Below are positions 1-11,499 of a stretch of DNA of 64,000 nt, piece by piece. A model generated the notes under the pieces. The model was given only the letters and a program-made list of their open reading frames with translations. It was not told where the DNA came from and searched no databases. The position numbers and the translations under genes were made by a program. The DNA comes from Macrostomum lignano (Eukaryota): contig NIVC01002776.1 of NCBI GenBank assembly GCA_002269645.1, positions 77,405 through 141,404 of the forward strand, in the 5' to 3' direction. The stretch's first letter is position 1; each line of letters begins with the position of its first letter.

Positions 1-94
1 CACCTGCGCCGGGGCGGAGAATGGGGAAAGGGAGGGGTAGCTGGATTGTTGGCTGCGGGTGCGGTACTGCTGTGGGCTCGCGGCCCCACAAGTT

Positions 95-700
95 CACTTG
101 CAGACACGGTAGTGACCCTCAGATCCACTTGCAGACTCGGTAGTGACCCTCAGATCCACTTGCAGACACGGTAGTGACCCTCAGATCCACTTTCAGACTC
201 GGTAGTGACCCTCAGATCCACTTGCAGACTCGGTAGTGACCCTCAGATCCACTTTCAGACTCGGTAGTGACCCTCAGATCCACCTGCAGACTCGGTAGTG
301 ACCCTCAGATCCACTTGCAGACTCGGTAGTGACCCTCAGATCCACTTTCAGACTCGGTAGTGACCCTCAGATCAACTTGCAGACACGGTAGTGACCCTCA
401 GATCCACTTGCAGACACGGTAGTGACCCTCAGATCCACTTGCAGACACGGTAGTGACCCTCAGATCCACTTGCAGACACGGTAGTGACCCTCAGATCCAC
501 TTGCAGACACGGTAGTGACCCTCAGATCCACTTGCAGACACAGCAGTGACCCACAGATTCCCTCGCAGACACAGCAGTGCCCCACAGATTCCCTCGCAGA
601 CACAGCAGTGCCCCACAGATTCCCTCGCAGACACAGCAGTGCCCCACAGATTCCCTCGCAGACACAGCAGTGCCCCACAGATTCCCTCGCAGACACGGTA
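95..700. repeat. 31-bp minisatellite with two subtypes, inside the RPS9 intron
   Basis: Units GACACGGTAGTGACCCTCAGATCCACTTGCA (about 95-535), then GACACAGCAGTGCCCCACAGATTCCCTCGCA (about 535-700). Confidence 0.95.
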
Positions 701-815
701 TGATCCTTAGGCAGTGACTCAACAGTTTTCCGTCACACCCACTCTTAGACGGGGTGAATCAGAGCTCATATGTGAATCGAGCCATACAGACCCATGACAA
801 GGCGGCAATACTCAC

Positions 816-1151
816 CTGGGTCTGCAGCCGGCGCTCAAGGAAGTCCTCAATCTTGAGGCCCAGCACGTAATCCAGCTTCATCTTGTCCTCCTGCAGCACG
901 CCGATTCGAACCAAGCGACGCAACAGCGCGTTGCCCTCGAACAGGCGCCTGGGATCTTTCTCCTCAAGCGTGAGCAGCTCCCGGGCGGCCTTGCGGATCT
1001 TGGCCAGGGTGTACTTGACGCGCCACACCTCGCGCTTGTTCTTCAGGCCGTACATACCGATGAGCTTCAGCTCGGCGTCCAGGCGCTCCTTCTCGAAGGG
1101 CCGACGAGGCGTCGAGTAGGTTTTGGAGTAGATTCGGGGCACGCGACTCAT
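816..1151 (-). CDS. RPS9: 40S ribosomal protein S9 (uS4), first coding exon; next exon starts at position 3 and runs off the window edge
   Basis: Translation [32 protein letters not shown]...[13 protein letters not shown] closely matches eukaryotic RPS9. ATG at 1151, donor CAG|GTGAG at 816/815. Polypyrimidine tract and acceptor GCGCAG|GTG at 4/3 supply the expected V of VFKLG. Confidence 0.97.
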
Positions 1152-2238
1152 GGCTGCTGAGGGAGCGGCAGTTGGCAAGAGATGGCCAAGTTAATCAGAT
1201 TGAATGTCGCAGCGGCAATGAGTGTCATTTGAGAAATGCTCTCGCTAATATAAGCTAGACATGTCTCAATGTCATCTCAAATGCGCTAATGCCATCTAGC
1301 AATGGGCTAATGCCATCTAGCAATGGGCTAATGCTATATAGCAATGGGCTAATGCCATCGAGATTATTTAAGACCAATAAAAAATATCCCAGATCCTAGA
1401 TGTTAAGGCACTACTAAATATCTAAATTCTACCTGTATCCATACTGTACATATCAGACACGTTAAATCTACTTAAAGTAGACTATGGACTGAAAGTGGTT
1501 AGAATTGAAATGACAAAGTCAAAGAAAAGATCCCAAGACAACGCAAAAATCCCTTCGAAAAAATGCTCAATAATTGACAATAGCTCAGAAATACGCAACA
1601 GTATAATTGGTAAAAATTATGAGACTGTCAATTTGTCACTCGAATGCCAACGCATACAGGATCGCACAAGGTGCACTTGAGCACAAGGAATGGACTCAGT
1701 CAATAAAGAAAATTCAAGACAGCATTGTCTATGCATTGCTTAAAGCCATCTGCCAAGGCACAAGTTTAGATAAGCGGTAAAGTAATACACAACAATTGCA
1801 TCAAAGTCCCAAAAGAGCCAGTTGGAAAAGGAACAACAGTGAGTACAGGGTCGATCTAAATATTGCAAAAGCTTGGTCAGGTGCTACTCTGACATAAATA
1901 TTGCGTATATATTATAACATCTGCATTTAATTAAAGTAAAATGGAAAAAAGTACTCTTTGAACTCTTACACGGATTTAAACAGTAGCGAGGACAATAAAA
2001 TGACAATAAAAATGGATAAGCAAACACACAATTCAGGAAGAACTATGCATGGGAGACAGATCCCACAGACCGCAACGAAAGAAAGACTGCTATGTTATGA
2101 AATCTGGACAATTTATAGACTTATAATAATACAATAATAGTTGAAAATATGACTCGTGAAAACAATAATTATATTACAGAATGAGAATTAATCAGAATCA
2201 AATATTTGAGTTAAAAAACTTCATCAGAACTATCTGGC

Positions 2239-2463
2239 TCATCGCAGGAATATGACATACACTGCCATGAGCAGGCAGCAGACAGACACGGGAACATGCA
2301 GTCTGATGCCAATCACGGCCGCCTTGTACAGCACGCCCCAGATGCCCGACTTGTCAGTGAAGCACCAGTCCTTCAGCTTTGGGACTCGCTTCATGTAGGC
2401 GCAGGTGCAGATAAACAACAGCATTGCCACCAGCACGCCATCAAAGCTGTAGATGTTTGTCAT
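2239..2463 (-). CDS. TMEM167B: Protein kish-B (TMEM167B), 74 aa, single coding exon
   Basis: MTNIYSFDGVLVAMLLFICTCAYMKRVPKLKDWCFTDKSGIWGVLYKAAVIGIRLH...VIFLR aligns end to end with the recalled human kish-B sequence (MTNVYSLDG...KAAVIGTRLH). ATG at 2463. Confidence 0.93.
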   Translation of the reverse strand: MTNIYSFDGVLVAMLLFICTCAYMKRVPKLKDWCFTDKSGIWGVLYKAAVIGIRLHVPVSVCCLLMAVYVIFLR

Positions 2464-3459
2464 TGCAAAGCACTCGCCAATCTGCAACAATGTTGGCAAT
2501 GAATTGGATCTGCGTGCGCCATGTAGCATCATACATTAATCTATTATTTCTAAAGCAAAAAATTATAATACCGAATTGAAAACCAGAATGCCAGCTGGTA
2601 TCAGTTGAAAAAAAATCAAAATAAAATCAATAAAAACATCCTTCTGGGGACCTGTGTGGATGACATCCTATCAAGATAGACCCCTGTGTTTTATATTTTT
2701 ACAGTTGCTGCTCCCACACTATAATTTTTTGCTATCCTATACTGTCGCCTTGATGAATCAATTGATAAAAGGGAGATGAAAAATGTAAAAAATAGGTAAA
2801 AGTGAAAATTATTTATTTTTTTTATTATTATTATTTTTTAGGTTTTACTTTTTTGGCATGCCAAGACAGTTAAGCATGTGGATAAGTATGCTGCTTGAAT
2901 GGGCTTTTGACTACAAAACAGATTGATTCAATTTTTTAGCCCATGGCTACCAGAAGAAATGACAATACTAGTACAAGCAAACCCCCAAGCTCAAGTTATA
3001 GAAGCTAAACTATGTCATTCTTCCTTAGCTATCAAAAAGCACAAATTATTTGCAAAGTTTGACAATGCTTGTTACCTTATAGCCAAATTGCAATGAATTT
3101 TTGCTGCATATGAAACATTGCATTATAACTTTTGTAATTCTTGCAATGGATTCTTTAGCTTAAGATTTGACGAGTCAAACAATCATTTTCAAATTATTAT
3201 TAAGGTGCAAAGATTTTTGTTATAAATTTCTTCATTTTAATCAAATGACAAGCAGCTTTATTCTATTCTTTGAAATACTTTTTAGATGACAAATGAAGAG
3301 GCAACCTTTGTATAAGGCTTGAGGCTTGACTTGGTATAATTCTACCCCCTAACCTTTGTTCTAGTTCTAGCCATATTTTTTTAAGGAAATAACATTTTGT
3401 CAGATTTCAAAAAAGTCATAAAACTATAAAATAATTATCTATTCAATGACATATGTTAC

Positions 3460-3757
3460 CATACATGCGCAACAGTCGGCCGAGTCGGCCGATCCGGCCG
3501 ACCGATCTGGCGGCCAACCAAGGAAGTCGCAAAAATGCCCACCTGAAAAAATAACCAAGTAGTAGTACTAAGTAGCTGACGAGGCATTTTGGCTTAATAA
3601 GACAGTCATAGTTACTCCTGCCGTTTACCCAAAGTTGCGTTAATTTTGCTTTAGGGTTTTTTTACATGTAAGTCGCATTTTTGGCCAAAAACTACGTCGC
3701 ATTTTTGTTGAAACTAAGTCGCATGGCCGACCAAATTTCGGAGGTTGCTCATGTATG
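3460..3757. mobile_element. Non-autonomous hAT-type MITE, 298 bp
   Basis: 14-bp TIRs CATACATGCGCAAC (3460-3473) and GTTGCTCATGTATG (3744-3757), one mismatch. Exact 8-bp TSD TATGTTAC at 3452-3459 and 3758-3765. Confidence 0.9.
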
Positions 3758-5472
3758 TATGTTACATTAAATTCCAATTTTGCAGTCAGTCTATAGATCA
3801 TTTTATCTATTTTTTTGGGATACTCATCAGATTAAATTTTATAGTTATTTAGAAAGTTTTTTTAAAAGAAAGATTTTTTTTATTTCTATATATTCTTCAA
3901 TAATTTTCCTTAGAAAAATATAATTTATATAGTATTAATAAATATAAATTTGGCTGTCAACTTTTATGTTTACTTTTTTATTAATTATTTTGCTATGCTA
4001 TATACATTTAAATGTTTATTGTGAAAGATTAAATTAACAGATTAAGTCATACAGAATTTTTTTAATTAACTATATATAAAAATATTTTATGAAAATAGTA
4101 TGATGAATGCAAGCATTGGTACTAGCAAATATGCATTTTTGTTCTTCATGTTCTAAAGACTTAGAAGTGCAGATTTTGCTATAAGAAGCTGCAATGAATT
4201 TGCTTGAATTTTTAGTTGCAAAACTGAGAAATTTTACTTTTTTAAGCAGCAAAAATTTTTAACAAAATTGTCAAATTTTGTGAAATAAATTTTGTATTAG
4301 CTTCTATATTATCTTTAATATTGTGAGCAAGTAATAGCTGGCAATGCCTGTTAACTTTAATTTATTAAATCTATTCTAATTATAGTTCCTATAAAAAAAC
4401 ATTTTTGGAAGGGGAAGGAAGGCAGAATTCTAGCAACCCTTTTGTGTTCAATTGACAAAAAATACTGCATTGCAATTATAATAAACAATCCTTACAATGT
4501 AATTTAGTGTCTAGGTTTTGGATTTCTTAAGGACAATCATCAAGTATTCTTCATTTATTTATTATTTATCAATGAGAAAATTAGCTGAAAGTAATAGACA
4601 TCTGCATGTATTCCATATTATATATAGTAGCAACATTTAAATATAGTATTTAACAAAGATAAATCTATAAACAAGTGAAGCCGGGTAAGTAATAATACAT
4701 TTTAGATATATCATTTCTATTAATTTATAATTTTACAAATTAAAGCATGCATTAAAAAACTTTTTAATACATAAAATGCAGCTTTTTTTATAACATTCAG
4801 AAAAGTTGACAAAATAGTTACAAAAAAATGAAATAGATTATAGAAAAGTAAATGGTATAGTTGATAGAAAAATTGATAAAGTTTTTCAGCTTGTAAATAG
4901 TCCTACATTAAAAAGCATAGTACTACATTCGACAAAAAATCTTGACTTGAAAAAAAGATCATTATAGGCTATTAGTCAATGGTTTAATAGCCCAAAAACT
5001 TTGAGAATTCAATTTAACTTTGGTAATATTGCCACAAGTTTCAACTGCTGTAACCATAGCCATAAGAAAAAAGCAATTTCTATAGCTGAATTTTCCTGTC
5101 ATTATAGGGCTATTTTGTATAGAAAATTATAGTACATATAAAAAACCAAGACAGAATAGAGAAAAACAGCAGTAATAGAGATAAAGAAGTATAAATTAAA
5201 TAGATATAGATTATAGAAATAGAAATATAACATACTATTACTAAACTACTCTTGCTTTTATATTTGTATATTTATATATTGATATAGTTATTTATTAACT
5301 ATACTTGTACACATACACTTGACTTGACTTAATACTTGGATTAGATTAGCATAAAGTGCAAGTGCAACAAAAACAAGCAAGACAACTAGATAAGCAAATA
5401 AAATAAACTTCAAAAAACTTTCTAAAAACTTCAATTTTTTTTCAAAACTTCAAAGTGTTAATTATCTACATG

Positions 5473-6010
5473 TACGAGGGGAAGTAAAAAAGTAAAGATA
5501 GTTTTGTTGTAACGCTTAAAATATAAGAGGTATTGAAATGCAACTGGTTTTGTTTGAAAAAACATCTTTTGTTCTTAATTTGACAGAGTTTTGGTTCTTC
5601 TAGAGTGATTGATTTCTACATGATGACGCTCTAATCACAGTATCCCTATCAGCAACAGAAAATTCAAAAATCGAAGCTTGCACTAAGGTGAAGTTTCTTG
5701 TAAAACTTGGTTGGTAGACAGCCAAAATCATTGATGCTTTGAAGGTCTATATGGACACTGCTCCACCAGATCCAACCATTTACTGCTGGATTTAGGCTTT
5801 TAAGGAAGGCCGAGAGTCCATGGAAATGCCCAGTGGTTGGGAAGGCCCACGACATCGCGCACAGAGGAAAATGTGGCAGCTGTACAGCAGGTACTTGAGC
5901 AGGATCGGTGCGTGACCATAGACAATATTGCTGACCAAGTGGCCATCTCTCATGGCAGTGCTTATTTCATTGTGATGGACTGTCTTGGTCTGAGCAAGCT
6001 GAGTGCCCTT
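5473..6010 (+). mobile_element. Decayed mariner transposon 5' fragment (HTH region of the transposase)
   Basis: TA-CGAGGGG mariner-type left end. Pseudo-ORF KVKFLVKLGW*TAKIIDALK...TIYCWI*AFKEGRESME, a frameshift, then GRPTTSRTEENVAAVQQVLEQDRCVTIDNIA...LGLSKLSA. Truncated before the WVPHEL motif; no right TIR seen. Confidence 0.85.
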
Positions 6011-7689
6011 GGTATACAATCATTAACGTACAATTCTTAACTATACATGCCATAGTCCAGATCATGCTAGGTGCACAACCAAACAAAAATTGAATAATTA
6101 CAAATGCACGCTAGAAAAAATGTAGTGCACAACCATTCTCAAAAATACGTGGTGTTGCGACAATAAATGACTTTTTTACATTGTAACAAAAAATATTTTT
6201 TTAAATTGCATAATAGACCCTTATTACCAGATAATTTGGTTGCTTTTTATGCTTTTTGGCAATACTATTTATAGCAGGAAATTTATACATGCAAAGATTT
6301 GTTTAAATGCCCTTTTACAAGCTTGAAAAAACCAGAAAGCTTAAAATTTGCACTTAAAAATGAACTAAATTGATTATTTATGTAACTATTTTGTTTTACT
6401 AATTATTTTTATTTTTAAATGATATACATTTTGTTTTTTTGCAGCACAATTTTTATTCACCATGTCTAATGCTTGTTGCATTGGTTATATGCTTATTAAT
6501 CATACAATTTTTAGTGGCATACAATTTACTAGAACACTTAATTAGTGTAATTTACTAGCGTACATTTACTAGATAGCTAAATACTTTCTGACATACATGT
6601 AACACAACACGATCCGCAATATGGACCATAATGATAGTGGAACAAAACTGGTTAATTTTTTAATGAAATGAAATAGAAAGAACATATACTATATATACTA
6701 CTTATAAGTAGAAAACAAAAGTAAAAAAGACAAAGTAGATTGTAAATTCCAAATTCTAAAGATTCCAAAAGCCATGACCCTAAAATTTTTGTAATGCCTA
6801 GGATTGGAAAAGATATACATGCATATACCAAGCATAGGCCTACATTTAGTTTTAGTTCTAAGTCTTGCTAGAAATATTTGCTAGCAAGAAACCTTTGATA
6901 AGATTTGGGAGTAGGACCAGTAAATAATAAGGAATATCTTAGAATCTTAGATATATACTTAAACTAGGCCCCTAATATTAATACTTACAAGTTAGAATTT
7001 AGATCTATAGACTATACCCAGATTAATACTTAGATAAATGCTAAGAATTATGCTTGGACATAGAGGTTAATTATAGGCCTAGCAAGTACAATTTTGGTGA
7101 TAGCTATGTAAGATTCAACGAGAAAAGTTTAGACCTATTAAAACTTGGTGGATTAATGATAAGATTAGTTCAAAAATAGAAACATTTTGGAAGAGTAGAA
7201 GCTAACCTCTTTAACAACTTTGGACTTGTGGCATAAGATAATTGAGATTTTTGTAAGATAGTACTAAGTAAGACCCATAGTTTGGAAGGCGACATGTACG
7301 CCGGGATTTCCTGGCATACAGCAAAGGTCTCACAACTATAACAAGATTACTTAGTTTGCTTAGTTTTTACATAGTTACAAGATTACTATTCAAGATTTTG
7401 ACTTCGGATTTCGAGTCCTCAGATGACGATTCAGTTTTAAAAAGGTGAAAGCCTGAGTCAATGTAAAACAAAGTAAATTAAATGCACAGCTTATTTATTA
7501 GTCAGAAACGCATCAAATAATAAATTATTTGCGACTGTTAGTTTTTACGTTTTGTAACTACTACTATCCTTTACAGCTAAAAGGTTGTAGATAGAAATTC
7601 CGGGTGCAAACTTAAAAAAAATTATCCCGATATAATTGTAATAGTGCTCAATTTGCGTGCGCGTGCACTTCTAGTGTTTTCGGTTGTTT

Positions 7690-7850
7690 TCTCCGTATTT
7701 CTTTCTGCGTCACCCCACCCCTGCGTATAGCCTTTCGCAAAATTTCTTTTCGTTTCTTATTGGCTGTAAACGCGTGAATAACGAGCCCTAACCAATAGAG
7801 TGCTTAGTGCCTACCCTGTCGGCGAAATCCGATTGGTTAGGATTTTCTAA
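7690..7850. promoter_or_regulatory. Possible promoter: CCAAT-box cluster in a CpG-retaining region
   Basis: ATTGG/CCAAT motifs near 7760, 7792 and 7832 in both orientations. Lies between divergently oriented TMEM167B (minus) and the WIP-like gene (plus). TATATAG at 8984-8990 upstream of the WIP-like ATG. Confidence 0.35.
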
Positions 7851-9183
7851 GCTGCGTTTTTCACCCTTCCCTCCCCCATCGCGGTTAGTCTATATAATCA
7901 AGCAAGCTGGAACGCAAATAAATCAAGTGTCTCCGGCTAAAGAAGTCCACGGAAATTCAAACTCAAGAATACGCGGCTACATAATTCTGATAGTTCAACA
8001 AGAAACTTGTACTTTTAGTTTAGAAAATGCAAGCTAATTTAGTATGCGCTTTTTCTGTTTCCATCGCAACTTAGTCGGTAAATTTTTCCTATTATAGACT
8101 TTCACTTTACCTCACCACAAGTTCTAAATCTTTTAGAGTAGGATGATTTTCTTGTCTGGAATTTCTCTACCCATTGTTTTGTAAATAAATAATTACTTAT
8201 TTATAGGGCAGGATTTATAATAAATTATTTATATGACATAAGTAATTGTTTTACTTCAATTTATTGATCCGAGAAGCATCTATAAATGCTTGTTAAATAA
8301 GGCCATTTTTCCAGGCGTTTATCGTTGGTTCTTAATTTTTCGCTGTATTTAATTCCTGATCGAGAGTATCTCAAAATACATAAAATCACATGTGACACGA
8401 CTGAATTATTGCTTCAAGTATCAGGAAAAAACAAGGTGCCGACTTACGAGTATCCATGCACTACGTCAATACGCTCGTTATTTCAGAAAGTTGATGGAAC
8501 ATGAAACTCAAGTTGAGGATATAATTTTTGTCTTTTGTAAGTCTTAATTTATTTGCTTAACTGCATCTTGCTTTCTGTTATGGAGCTTACATTCATTAAT
8601 AATATCCTTATCATTAATAACACGAAATATGAGTACAAGAAATCAAGGACCAAACATGAATTGTACCAAAACGTATACGTGCTTGCGGCCGTGCGATGAA
8701 TGAAATTATTGGCAGAAAGACCATAACGCCGGTAAGAAGAAAAGCATTATGTTTATACCCGTATTCATAAATGCAATTTAAAACTAAATGCATGTATGCA
8801 TGTTGATCGGGTGCACTGAGATACGCTGCCAGCACATTCTGCGCTATAAAGCAGAACAACAGACTAAACTGCCCAATATGAATTTAACGGAGCGCCACTT
8901 GTATGTAATTTGCGACCCGTACAATCAAATGCGCATATATTAACCAAATCTAGGCTAAAGATGGTGCATAGCGGGCGCGGCTTTATATAGCCAGAGCGTC
9001 GGATGCAATACAGGTTTCACCTGTATGGCTCATTTGCGGCTGCAGCTCGCCCGTTCAAGCACAGTTTTAATTTGCACAGAAGTTTGTATATTAATAGTAT
9101 TTATTAAGCTGGCTTTTCAAGCCCTTTGAACCATAAGCGTCTGATTTGGTAGTCAAGAGAGCTGACTGAACCAGCAGACAGCC

Positions 9184-10959
9184 ATGCCGCCACCGCCTCC
9201 ACCGCCGCCGCCGCCGCCGCCGCCTCCGCCGCCATCGGGTGCTCCGCCTCCATCGTCAACAGCAGGTCGAGGAGCCCTCCTAGGCGACATCAGGAAAGGT
9301 GCCCGGTTGCGCAAAGTGCCGGAAAGCGAGAGAAACGACCGGAGCGACGCCCTGCCTGGAGGCGCTGGGAATGGCAAGGGCACAGGAAGGCCTGTCGCTG
9401 CTGGTAAGCCAACTCGCGATGCTTTCGTAGCATAACTGAAGAATGATCAGAGTAGACGAAGGGTTGGTCAGGTAACCAAGGGTTGGTTGGTCAAATAACG
9501 ACTGTACTGAAGGGCCCAAAGCGATTGTCAAGGTACATGTGTAAAACTAAATTAAATCTTCAGCAAACAACCGAAGATCGACGCACGTCTCTGACGACGG
9601 AAGCAGCGGGGGCGGCGGATCAGGAGGCGGCGGGTTTCAGGCGGAGCTGATGGCGCAGATCAAGCGGGCCAGATCTCCCACAGCCTCCAGCGCTGCAGCC
9701 AGAGCCCCTGAGCAGGGGGCGCAGCGCTCTGCTGCTGCTTCGTCGTCGCTGGCGCCACCGTCCTCAGGATCGAATCTGCGGCACAGCCGCTCCAACGAGG
9801 GCTTCCGAGCTTCGCCCAGCCGCTTGAGCCCGGAGCCGCCGCCTGCAGAAGGCCGCATCAGAGCTACAAACTATTTGCAGAGTCCGACACCTCCGGTACC
9901 CACGGGTCGAAGGTTTGCGCAAAACCCGCCACCTCCAATACCCTCAGTGGGTCGCAAGCCTTCTCGGGCGGGTCCGGCGACACAGCCGCCACCAGTGCCA
10001 TCGGCTGGGCTTAAGCCTCAGTTAGGAGGTCAGGCGACACAGCCGCCACCAGTGCCATCGGCTGGGCTTAAGCCTCAGTTAGGAGGTCAGGCGACACAGC
10101 CGCCACCAGTGCCATCGACTGGGCTTCAGCCTCAGTTAGGAGGTCAGGCGACACAGCCGCCACCAGTGCCATCGGCTGGGCTTAAGCCTCAGTTAGGAGG
10201 TCAGGCGACAAAGCCGCCACCAGTGCCATCGGCTGGGCTTAAGCCTCAGTTAGGAGGTCAGGCGACACAGCCGCCACCAGTGCCATCGACTGGGCTTAAG
10301 CCTCAGTTAGGAGGTCAGGCGACACAGCCGCCACCAGTGCCATCGGCTGGGCTTAAGCCTCAGTTAGGAGATCAGGCGACACAGCCGGCACCAGTGCCAT
10401 CGGCTGGGCTTAAGCCTCAGTTAGGAGGTCAGGCGACACAGCCGGCACCAGTGCCATCGGCTGGGCTTAAGCCTCAGTTAGGAGGTCAGGCGACACAGCC
10501 GCCACCAGTGCCATCGGCTGGGCTTAAGCCTCAGTTAGGAGGTCAGGCGACACAGCCGCCACCAGTGCCATCGGCTGGGCTTAAGCCTCAGTTAGGAGGT
10601 CAGGCGACACAGCCGCCACCAGTGCCTTCGCCGAGTCTTAAGCCGCGCCCCAAGTTCCAGTCCGGTCAACCGACAGTTGATCGGTCGGAAGCGCCGATCC
10701 GCGGTTGCCAGCAGCTGCAGTCGCCACCGAAATTGCCGCCGAAGTCGCCCACGGCTGAGCCGCTGCAGACAGACGGTGCTTCAAGAGGCCGACCACCGCC
10801 GCCGCCACTACCGTCGAAGTCGCCGCAGGGCGATGTTCAGCTGCCGCAGGGGCGGGACGGCAGCGCCAGAAGCTGGGGGAGAAGTACCAGTTCAAGCCAG
10901 CGGTCATGTTCCCTCGGGTGCAGACTTTCACGGACTGCCCGAAGGTCAAGCGGCTGTGA
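9184..10959 (+). CDS. WIP/verprolin-like actin regulator, about 538 aa; exons 9184-9403 and 9564-10959 with a 1-nt frameshift near 10850
   Basis: Poly-Pro N-terminus, WH2 motif GRGALLGDIRKGARLRKV...NDRS, and a phase-1 GT-AG intron in frame with a second WH2-like helix FQAELMAQIKR. Pro-rich body. C-terminal WASP-binding-like motif EKYQFKPAVMFPRVQTFTDCPK lies in the -1 frame. Confidence 0.8.
9977..10640 (+). repeat. Coding 57-bp (19 aa) tandem repeat, about 11.5 copies
   Basis: Near-identical units encoding ATQPPPVPSAGLKPQLGGQ in frame within exon 2 of the WIP-like gene. Confidence 0.95.
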
Positions 10960-11499
10960 ATTGACCACGGCGAGCGGCAGTCTGCCCTGATACGAGTTCT
11001 ACCAGCCCGGAACAGCGGGTGCGAACTTCATGTATTTGCCGAAGAGACTTGAATGATGCTCTCCGTAGGCTCCATAAGATTGACGTTGAACTTGAATTGA
11101 CCTTGATATTGACCTTTCTAAACTCAATGAAGCAAAAGAAACGTTCTTAAAGCTTCCAAGCACTTCTTATTGGTGCCTTGATACACAGGCTCGTGTGTGT
11201 TACGTCGTAACTCATTTGATTTGATATTTTGGCAACTTTTCAGCTCGGCATGCAGTCTGATTGTCCATCAATATTAACTGATTATTTATTGTCTTTAGCG
11301 TTAAAATTTAACTTCAGAAAAATAATTTTTTTTTCTTGTGAAATTGCGAAATGCCCAATATTGCTGTTTCCCCCTAATGGTAATATTTTTGCTGCTGGCA
11401 ACTTGACAAGCAAAAATATAATCATACCAATTAACCGTTTCTCATCGTTTTGCTGCAAAGGCTCATGAGGCGGACTTTTTCATCAAGCGGTCAGTTGTC

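Noticed and set aside
700-815. snoRNA in the RPS9 intron
   Set aside because: No convincing C box with terminal stem, and no H/ACA architecture.
2860-3070. Possible decayed hAT transposase
   Set aside because: Similarity to the TRWNS region is too weak to support by eye.
10860-10990. C-terminus of the tracked 446-aa ORF (RSWGRSTSS...) as the real protein end
   Set aside because: The -1 frame carries the family-typical motif, so this tail is likely out of frame.
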